DNA of 64,000 bases, taken from the NCBI GenBank assembly GCA_002269645.1, contig NIVC01001014.1, positions 124,001-188,000 on the forward strand. Direction: 5' to 3'. The position numbers and the translations under genes were made by a program. Under the pieces are notes generated by a model that saw only the letters and a program-made list of their open reading frames with translations, ran no database searches and was not told the origin of the DNA. Within the stretch, counting starts at the first letter, position 1, and every line of letters begins with the position of its first letter. The DNA is from Macrostomum lignano (taxonomy: Eukaryota). Shown here one piece after another: positions 1-6,740 of this stretch.

Positions 1-406
1 AAGGGTTCTGGGCGCTGTCCCAACCAGCTAGGAGGCAAAGAAGTCATGTCCTGTCGCTTATCCATATGCCTCTTGAGCAGGCACTCGCTCACACAGGGTT
101 TACAGCGGCTCTGCCTTTCTAATCGTCAGGGCATGTACACTGTCGTGGCCCTCGTGAGCGAGAATCACATTTAAATACGAGCTCCATGGGTAGGCCAATA
201 TTCTTGTACTCAAAATGGCTTGTTTCTTCACTTTATCTCTCGAGAAACTTCTGCAATCAGAGTTTGTAATGTATACCTACCGTCCTAATTAGTCACTGAT
301 CTCATAATCTCGGATCGCAGGTTAAACACAGAAGCTGTTCACCAACACTTCCTACTAATAGTAGCATTTAATGTCCTTATGTACGATAGCGATCCTCGTG
401 TAGCGA

Positions 407-499
407 TAAGAGTGGAGAGACAGACCCAAGAGCTGAGTAAAGAGTGGAGAGGCTGATTCAAGAGCTGAGTAAGGAGCGGAGAGTCATCCGAGAGCTGAG
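407..499 (+). repeat. Degenerate 30-32 bp tandem repeat, 3 copies (TAA(A/G)GAGYGGAGAG...RAGAGCTGAG)
   Basis: Units 407-437, 438-469 and 470-499 each start TAA-GAG(T/C)GGAGAG and end AGAGCTGAG. Confidence 0.7.
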
Positions 500-907
500 C
501 AGGATTCAAATTTTGGTAGAAAAATTAGAACCATAAAGGGCATATTGCAAATTCGCAGTCAGACAGAATGCTCAGACTTCACACACTAAGCCTAAGGCTA
601 TAGACGTTCTCAGACTCTTGAATAGAATTGCTTGTCAGATTCGCCAACCTAAACTGTCCTGGGAAACAAAAACAATGAGGATGGCAAGACCATAAAGATA
701 TTCCTTAGGAGATGGAGACCCGCCGCTCCCCGTGAAATTCATTGAATTTTTTTAAGTTTCGAGTTTTAAATTAAAAACCTCACTGCAGACGGTAGTGTTT
801 TACCCAATTACTCAAGAAGACAGACTGCCAAGGTTTACTGAGGGAAATGCTGTGTCTCATGAGGGAATTTTTGAGATTAATGTGCAGGGGAATCGATTAG
901 ATATAAC

Positions 908-1816
908 AACAAAGCCCGTCCCGTTGGCAGTGTCGGGCGCCCCAGCGTCGCGTAGCAGGCAGTCCACGTATCGACGGGTTTGAGCCTGACCCCGCCTGAA
1001 CGGGCCCTGCAAGGTGAGCAGCAAAAGTCCTGAGCAGGTTGGGGGTAGGAGTTCTCGGCCCGGATTATGTGGCCCGCCAGTTGAAGACGCCGCCGGCGCA
1101 GGATGGTGGACGGGCGCTGTTGGCCCGATCGTACAGGGCCTCGGTCCCGACGCTCTCGTCAGCTCGAAAGGCCGCACGGAGCAGCCCTGAGTGCGCCGAG
1201 TGCAGCTGCCGCTCTAGCCTAGCCGTCAGCGTCCACTCTCAGCGTTGTAGAGCAGGACGGATCTACCACCGCCTGCAACAGCCGAGCCCTCTGGCGGTCG
1301 GGCAGCGCTTCGGACTGGAGGACGGCTCGGATCGAACGGAAGGCCGCCCAGGCAAGTCCTCTGCGCCGCCGGAGGTCTTCCTCCACGTGAGACACCAGAC
1401 CGCCGAGGTAGGTGAACCGCTGGCAGCGTGCGAGCCTGGTCGTCTGCCCGTCTGCGCCGCGGCACGTCAGGTCCGTTGGGATGTCGGCCGGCACAGTCAG
1501 CACCTCGGTCTTCAGCGTGTTGACAACCAGACCGACGCTCGATGCCACCTCGACGGGCCTGTCGATCTGGCGCTTGGCGCCTTCAACGGACGAGGAGAGG
1601 AGGGCGAGGTCGTCGGCGTAGCCAAGCACACTCAGGCGCTCAGATGCGTCTGCGCAGCAGGAAGCCGTCGTCAGAGGAGGGGAGTGCGGTCCGAAGCACC
1701 CAGTCCAGCAGCAGCACGAAGAGGAACGGCGCCAGCGTGTTGCCCTGCAGAACTCTTGATGAAGTGTCGAACAGACCACACAAACCGTTCGCCGTCACCA
1801 CAGCAGCTTGAGTATC
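908..1816 (-). pseudogene. Reverse transcriptase remnant (RT subdomains 4-7 plus C-terminal region)
   Basis: DTQAAVVTANGLCGLFDTSSRVLQGNTLAPFLFVLLLDWVLR, frameshift, ERLSVLGYADDLALLSSSVEGAKRQ...FTYLGGLV...RARLLQAVV, frameshift, SVLLYNAE.WTLT..LERQL...RRRRLQLAGHIIR...RRYVDCLLRDAGAPD. The pieces are seen in ORFs 1219-1779(-), 1226-1465(-) and 857-1177(-). Confidence 0.9.
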
Positions 1817-1823
1817 GCAAGTC

Positions 1824-2271
1824 TCAGAGCAGGAGTTGGTGGTCTGACCGGAGAGTCAGCGGAGCCATGGTGTCGCAGTTGGTGACGCGGCGGCGCTCGC
1901 GAGCGCGAATCAGCGCATGATCGAGTTGCGCCAGTCTCCTAGTGGCGTTCCGCCCGCGTGCGTTCCGTCAGCTTCTCTTGCAGCCCGAAAAGGTAGCCAG
2001 GCGGGCAGGGGGCTTGCGGAACTGGGTGTTCGCGGACACCGGGTCCAGCCGGTCAAGCGGGTCCTCTAGCGCATCGGTGTTGGCGTTCTCGCGTCCCGCA
2101 ACAAAGGGCGAGCGCTCGGACCTCCGCGGGACTGCGTTCAGGTCTCCGAGCACAGCCAGGGTGTCGCGGTTTGGCACTTCTTCCGGCTGCCCAGCCAGAA
2201 AGTCGAAGGCTCAAGCCTCCTCGGGGTGAGCAGCTAGTGGTGGGTGCATACGCGCAGAACAGCCAAACGTC
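1824..2271 (-). pseudogene. Apurinic/apyrimidinic (APE)-type endonuclease remnant, C-terminal part
   Basis: DVWLFCAYAPT...AFDFLAGQPEEVPNRDTLAVLGDLNA...SANTQFRKP...ATF...*...QLDHALIR...SDHQLLL*. Contains in-frame stops and frameshifts. Confidence 0.85.
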
Positions 2272-2293
2272 AAAAGGACTGAAAGAGTTTAGA

Positions 2294-2531
2294 GGTTAAG
2301 CCATGGCTCCAACGTAGAAGCTCAAAGGAGATGCTGACATCTTAGGCTGGACAGCTAACTTTCAGGGTGGTGCCTTTTTGCTTTAAAAATTTTCGGCCTT
2401 CGGTCCTCTGGCCGGACCTACTTCGAACTCTGAGCGGAAGATCGCGTCTTCGTTGGGATCGACCCGTCCCCAGGCAGACACAATGCAGTACGAATCTCCA
2501 GCCCTCTAATAAATAACGCAGCTCACTCAAC
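2294..2531 (+). repeat. Patchwork of copies of the WSC gene's own intron sequences
   Basis: 2294-2390 aligns loosely to 3300-3420 (intron 1). 2397-2531 matches 5421-5555 with 5 substitutions in ~135 bp and also matches 3721-3844. Confidence 0.8.
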
Positions 2532-2588
2532 TATCTACATGCATAGTTCATTTAAATATTTATTACTTTCTTTTTTGCCTCCCAACAC

Positions 2589-2856
2589 GGGGCGGGGCGC
2601 AGATTGCTAGTGTAATGCTGAAACTTCCAGTGAAAATATCAGACAGACTTTATAATTGCGGAATAAATGTATTGAAATTAAGCTCAACTCGATATTGCTC
2701 AAATATTCAAGAATAAAGTTTCTGGAATTCACTTTCAAAGGAATGCGCCACGTGACGCAGCCAAGAGATCCCGCAACCTCAGCATAAATTGGTTCAGCAA
2801 ATACCCAAAACAGCCAACCACAGTCAGGCCCGACCTGTTCAACATTCACTCTGCAG
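2589..2856 (+). promoter_or_regulatory. Candidate promoter/5' region of the WSC gene
   Basis: Perfect GC box GGGGCGGGGC (2589-2598), CACGTGAC E-box overlapping TGACGCA (2749-2759), TATA-like CATAAAT (2783-2789) overlapping a reverse CCAAT ATTGG (2788-2792), all upstream of ATG 2866. Motif matches only. Confidence 0.4.
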
Positions 2857-2865
2857 GCATTCAGC

Positions 2866-2932
2866 ATGCGGCTTCTTCTGTTCGTTTCGGTCTTCATTCT
2901 GGCAGCTTCCGGCACCTCCGGGTCTGAGCTGG
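2866..2932 (+). CDS. Exon 1 of secreted WSC-domain protein: signal peptide MRLLLFVSVFILAASGTSGSEL
   Basis: ATG 2866, a basic residue, a hydrophobic core and small residues, then a perfect donor CTGG|GTGAGT at 2932/2933 in phase 1. Confidence 0.8.
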
Positions 2933-3148
2933 GTGAGTTTGAGATGCGCCTCACCTGAGCTGGGTGAGTTTGAGATGCGCCTCATCTGAGCTGGGTGAGT
3001 TTGAGATGCGCCTCATCTGAGCTGGGTGAGTTTTCATCTGAGCTGGGTGAGTTTTCATCTGAGCTGGGTGAGTTTGAGATGCGCCTTACCTGAGCTGGGT
3101 GAGTTTGAGGTGCGCCTTACCTTAGCTGGGTGAGTTTGAGATACGCCT
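2924..3148 (+). repeat. 31-bp (and 21-bp variant) minisatellite, 8 copies, each containing the exon-1 splice donor
   Basis: Units start at 2924, 2955, 2986, 3017 (21 bp), 3038 (21 bp), 3059, 3090 and 3121. Consensus CTGAGCTGGGTGAGTTTGAGATGCGCCTCAY. Confidence 0.95.
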
Positions 3149-3519
3149 GTGAGCTGCAACTATCTACATGCATGCTGAAACGATCAGCTCAGCCGGCCTC
3201 TAAGACAGAAAATGCGATTTCACCAAGTCTTGATTTCCCTTGAGTGAGCTCTGCAGTAGCCGACCCACTAATTACTGTACATCAGGTTACATCAGGGTTA
3301 GGTTCGAGCCATGGCTTAAGATGAGTTGCTGAGCTGTCGAGACTCAGAAGTGGTGCTGTTACATGCATCTGAGGCTGGAAAGCTGGCTTTCAGGACTGGT
3401 GATTTTTTACTTTAACATATTTTTTAAGAATCTTTAAGATGGGACCAGGAGCTCTAGTGACTGTGCGAGTCTTTCTGTGTGAGTTCACGTTAGAACATTT
3501 GACGCAGGCAAATGGCTGC

Positions 3520-3998
3520 ATGTCTCTGTTGCAGAGCACCCGAAATGTAAGTTCATCATCAATTCACCAATGTATAATATTGTCGTGCTATTGAAAGTGC
3601 AAACGCTTTACTCAACCTTTTGAATGTTTGGTTATTTACACTGGTGTTGGGACAATGGCAGAAACAGACCTCACGCTCACTCATAAATTTACCCAATTAA
3701 TGAGCGTCAGAGCACGAGCTCTGGCCGAACCCACTTTGAACTCTGAGCTGAAGATCGCGTCTTCGTTGGGATCGACCCGTCCCCAGGCACACACAATGCA
3801 GTACGAATCTCCTGCCCTCTAAGAAATAACGCAGCTCACTCAACATGCTCTTGGATTCCACGAGTCCGACAGGCAAGCGAGCGACGGGCTTGGTTGCACG
3901 GAGCGCTGAGTAGTATCGTAGTTGACTGACTCAGCTGAGTGAGCTCTCGATCGTCTGAGTTTATCTGAGGATCTGAGTCTGAGTAGACTCTGTGCACC
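3520..3998 (+). repeat. Duplicated microexon+intron block, copy A (copy B 5205-5710)
   Basis: Direct alignment. 3721-3998 vs 5431-5708 differ by ~12 substitutions and 2 indels in ~280 bp. Weaker homology also links 3220-3280 and 5093-5150. Confidence 0.9.
3535..3546 (+). CDS. Exon 2: 12-nt microexon (E-H-P-K, phase 1-1)
   Basis: tctctgttgcag|AGCACCCGAAAT|gtaagt. In frame with exon 1. An identical copy is at 5221-5232. Confidence 0.65.
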
Positions 3999-4204
3999 AC
4001 CCACCATCCATGCCATCAAGCTCGACACACAAATCATATAAATATTGTGCACTGTTTCATCCTATTTCACCCTTGGGTGCACCGACCCCGACTACAACTG
4101 ACTGGCGACTGTAGCGCCCTTCCACTTTACTTGTCCCTGAGTTTGAGCATGAGCAGTTCGCTTTCTTATTCGATTTTGTTTAATTATACGAATTTAAATT
4201 TCAG

Positions 4205-4503
4205 TAAACTGAAAGGTTGCTACTATGAGGGCACTAGCGCATATAATTTGGAACGTCCTGTGTTTGTCATCAGCGAGTCAATGACAATTGATAGCTGTCA
4301 GAAAAGCTGCAATCTCACTACTAATCCCTACTTTGGAGTAGCAAGAGGAACAGAATGCTTCTGTGGCAAAAAGACAGCTCATATGAAAAGGTATCTACAC
4401 TATTGTCATAGGAGATGTCCGGGAAACCCAACGCAGATCTGCGGTGGTAAAGACTCGATGATTGTGTACGAGCAGCCCGCTGCACTCGTTAAAACCTCTA
4501 TTG
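4205..4503 (+). CDS. Exon 3: WSC carbohydrate-binding domain 1
   Basis: KLKGCYY...SESMTIDSCQKSC...YFGVARGTECFC...YCHRRCPGNPTQICGGKDSMIVYEQP has the WSC cysteine pattern (GC, MT...C..C, YFG...C.C, C...CPG...CGG, VY). Acceptor aaatttcag| at 4204, phase-1 donor ATTG|gtgaga at 4503/4504. It is 299 nt, one base short of a symmetric 300. Confidence 0.8.
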
Positions 4504-4811
4504 GTGAGAATATTATAATTAATGTTAATGTCTGGAGTGTACGATGGATAGATCCACTCTTGATCGTGCACGTGCAGAGCGATTTCAATTCGTCAGTTGC
4601 TTGTTTTAATTTACGCGTGTCTACTTTTTGTAGAAAGCATAGCTTCAAAAAGTTGAATACCTCAAAAATACCTCCACGAATTAGATATAGGAACCATCCA
4701 TCCACCATCCAGGAAGCATCTACCAAAAGCAAACCGACATAGTTGTTGGAGAGCCAACAGAGAATGCAACAAAAGATCGAACAAAAAACATGTAGCTTCT
4801 GACCTCTGAGT

Positions 4812-4945
4812 CTTGACATCTCAGCAATTTCTTTGTAAGCCTTGAAATCTTAGCGATCCCCCTAAAAGCATTGACATCTGCGCAATTCCACTCTTGACAC
4901 CTCAGCGATTCCTCCCGTAAGCCTCGACTTTCCAGCAATTCCCCC
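4812..4945 (+). repeat. Degenerate ~29-bp minisatellite, ~5 copies (CTTGACATCTCAGCRATT...TAAGC)
   Basis: Units start at 4812, 4841, 4870, 4893 and 4923. Confidence 0.65.
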
Positions 4946-4946
4946 A

Positions 4947-5006
4947 GGATGGATGGATGGATGGATGGATGGATGGATGGATGGATGGATGGATGGATGG
5001 ATGGAT
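4947..5006 (+). repeat. (GGAT)15 microsatellite in intron 3
   Basis: 60 bp of perfect GGAT. Confidence 0.98.
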
Positions 5007-5030
5007 CAATGGTTGAAAGTGATAGTAAAC

Positions 5031-5079
5031 TGCAGCCGACAGTCAAATTGTGGCAGTCTATTGCAGCTGACAGTCAAAT
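5031..5079 (+). repeat. 18-bp direct repeat at 31-bp spacing
   Basis: TGCAGCCGACAGTCAAAT (5031-5048) and TGCAGCTGACAGTCAAAT (5062-5079). Confidence 0.75.
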
Positions 5080-5204
5080 CAAACAAATTGTAATTTCACC
5101 AAGACTTGAGCACTGTACTGAGCTCAGTAGCCGACCTGCTATTGACATGTATGATAATTCTGAAATACCTATTATCCATTTTAAATTTCACCCCAAGTAA
5201 CTTG

Positions 5205-5710
5205 CTGTCTCTTGTTGCAGAGCACCCGAAATGTAAGTTAATCATCAATCTACCAATGTATGATTATAATTTCCTTCATGGTATTTAAAGTGCAAACTCT
5301 TTACTCAACCTTTTGAATTTTTAATAAATTTACACTTGTGTGGGACAATGGCAGAAACAGACCTCACTGTCACTCATAAATTTACCCAATTAATGAGCGT
5401 CAGAGCAAGAGCTCAAGGTACCTTCGGTCCTCTGGCCGGACCCACTTCGAACTCTGAGCGGAAGATCGCGTATTCGTTGGAATCGACCCGTCCCCAGGCA
5501 GACACAATACAGTACGAATCTCCAGCCCTCTAAGAAATAACGCAGCTCACTCAACATGCTCTTGGATTCCACGAGTCCGACAGGCGAGCGACAGGGCTTG
5601 GTTGCACGGAGCGCTGAGTAGTATCGTAGTTGACTGACTCAGCTGAGTGAGCTCTCTATCGTCTGAGTTTATCTGAGTATCTGAGTCTGAGTAGACTCTG
5701 CGCCCCACCT
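5205..5710 (+). repeat. Duplicated microexon+intron block, copy B
   Basis: Aligns to 3520-3998. Confidence 0.9.
5221..5232 (+). CDS. Exon 4: 12-nt microexon (E-H-P-K), identical to exon 2
   Basis: cttgctgtctcttgttgcag|AGCACCCGAAAT|gtaagt. Joins exon 3 (phase 1) to exon 5 (phase 1) in frame: ...KTSI-EHPK-F-KLEGC. Confidence 0.7.
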
Positions 5711-5768
5711 CAATACGCAACCTCGAACTCAACACAAAAATGTTTAACCCTTTGCATTAAAACTTCAG

Positions 5769-6058
5769 TTAAACTGGAGGGTTGCTTCTTTGTTGCCGAG
5801 CAGCCAGACAACCGCTACATCAGATCATCCAGCGAGTCAATGACAATAGACAGATGCTACAATGACTGCATTGACTTAGTTTATCGCGGGAGGCCCACGT
5901 ACTTTGGAGTTGAAAATAGAACACGTTGCATTTGCCAGTTTACGGTATTGTCCACGAATGGTATTTATTTACAATATTGCGATAACAAATGTCCTGGAGA
6001 TTCGAAGCAGATCTGCGGTGCACCTCGGACCGCGGTGGTGTACGAGCATCCGAAATAA
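5769..6058 (+). CDS. Exon 5 (terminal): WSC domain 2, stop TAA 6056-6058
   Basis: aacttcag|TT AAA CTG GAG GGT TGC. KLEGCFF...SESMTIDRCYNDC...YFGVENRTRCIC...YCDNKCPGDSKQICGAPRTAVVYEHPK*. All WSC cysteines are present. This extends the listed ORF 5840-6058 upstream in frame. Confidence 0.85.
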
Positions 6059-6147
6059 CTGAGTACTGCTTCGTTTGTCAGAGTAGTAACTGACTTGTGA
6101 AGACAAATTGATAACAAACTTGAACGAATAATATACTCTGATACATC

Positions 6148-6153
6148 ATTAAA
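6148..6153 (+). terminator. Candidate polyadenylation signal ATTAAA
   Basis: 90 nt after the stop in an AT-rich 3' region. A second ATTAAA is near 6234-6239. Confidence 0.35.
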
Positions 6154-6300
6154 AAACTTGGATGATTCTAATTAATGAAAAAAAATTCAAACGAAGTACA
6201 ATGTTTTTCCATTTTTTTAAAGTCTTTGCTTGAATTAAAGCGCTGGAGCTGAGCTGCAGAGCTGATGAAAAACCAGTCAAGCTGATGAAAAACCAATCAA

Positions 6301-6740
6301 GCTGATGAAAAGCCAGTCAAGCTGATGAAAAGCCAATCAAGCTAAAAAAAAGTCTTTCAAGCTGATGAAAAGCCAATCAAGCTGATAAAAAGCCATTCAA
6401 GCTGATAAAAAGCCAATCAAGCTGATAAAAAGCCAGTAAAGCTGATGAAAAGCCAATCAAGCTGATAAAAAGCCATTCAAGCTGATAAAAAGCCAATCAA
6501 GCTGATGAAAAACCAGTCAAGCTGATGAAAAGCCAATCAAGCTGATGAAAAGCCAGTCAAGCTGATGAAAAGCCAATCAAGCTAAAAAAAAGTCTTTCAA
6601 GCTGATGAAAAGCCAATCAAGCTGATAAAAAGCCATTCAAGCTGATAAAAAGCCAATCAAGCTGATAAAAAGCCAGTAAAGCTGATGAAAAGCCAATCCA
6701 GCTGATAAAAAGCCATTCAAGCTGATAAAAAGCCAATCAA
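6301..6740 (+). repeat. 240-bp (12-monomer) higher-order duplication at the array edge
   Basis: 6301-6500 equals 6541-6740 except one base, including the rare variants GCTAAAAAAAAGTCTTT and CCAGTAAAGCT. Confidence 0.9.

Larger units (their letters stand above)
908..2271 (-). mobile_element. Degraded RTE-clade-like non-LTR retrotransposon remnant (5' truncated, internally deleted, no recognisable tail or TSD)
   Basis: A manual minus-strand translation across frameshifts gives EN motifs AYAPT (2250-2239), LGDLNA (GDLNA 2147-2133), QLDHALI (LDH 1925-1917) and SDH (1847-1839). It then gives RT motifs VLQGNTLAPFLF (QG 1747-1742), YADD (1620-1609), GLVVNTLKT and FTYLG, followed by RTE-like C-terminal SVLLYNAE.WTL and LQLAGHIIR. 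The block is clearly more GC-rich than its flanks. Confidence 0.9.

Noticed and set aside
1-400. Possible coding exon(s) at the window start
   Set aside because: Only short open frames with no recognisable motif or paired splice sites.
1039-2229. Long plus-strand ORFs (1039-1920, 1412-1621, 1542-1811, 1942-2229)
   Set aside because: Antisense shadows of the GC-rich retrotransposon coding strand, with no recognisable motifs.
2607-2989. ORFs 2607-2954(-) and 2789-2989(+)
   Set aside because: They are antisense or off-frame to the signal-peptide exon and minisatellite, with no independent support.
3301-3310. Pol III B-box-like GGTTCGAGCC (tRNA or SINE)
   Set aside because: No convincing A-box, cloverleaf or tail nearby.
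2297-3319. 14-bp inverted repeat TTAAGCCATGGCTC / GAGCCATGGCTTAA as transposon TIRs
   Set aside because: The core AGCCATGGCT is self-palindromic, and the two sites belong to a longer direct-repeat homology (2294-2390 vs 3300-3420). No TSD.
3927-3940. TGACTCA plus 12-bp palindrome ACTCAGCTGAGT (also 5635-5648)
   Set aside because: Its presence in both copies is explained by the recent duplication, and there is no independent evidence of function.
4047-4742. 231-aa single-exon ORF as the WSC gene
   Set aside because: Only 4205-4503 is WSC-like. The flanking parts run through a polypyrimidine/acceptor region and past a consensus donor, and the homology to exon 5 starts exactly at the acceptor.
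4720-5200. ORFs with IHPS/MDGW repeats
   Set aside because: Translations of the (GGAT)15 microsatellite.
2342-5735. Short ORFs repeated in the duplicated blocks (2342-2530, 3628-3822, 3840-4052, 5336-5533, 5390-5572, 5547-5735)
   Set aside because: Their similarity reflects the DNA duplication. Starts and frames are not conserved between copies (non-triplet indels), and they lie in introns.
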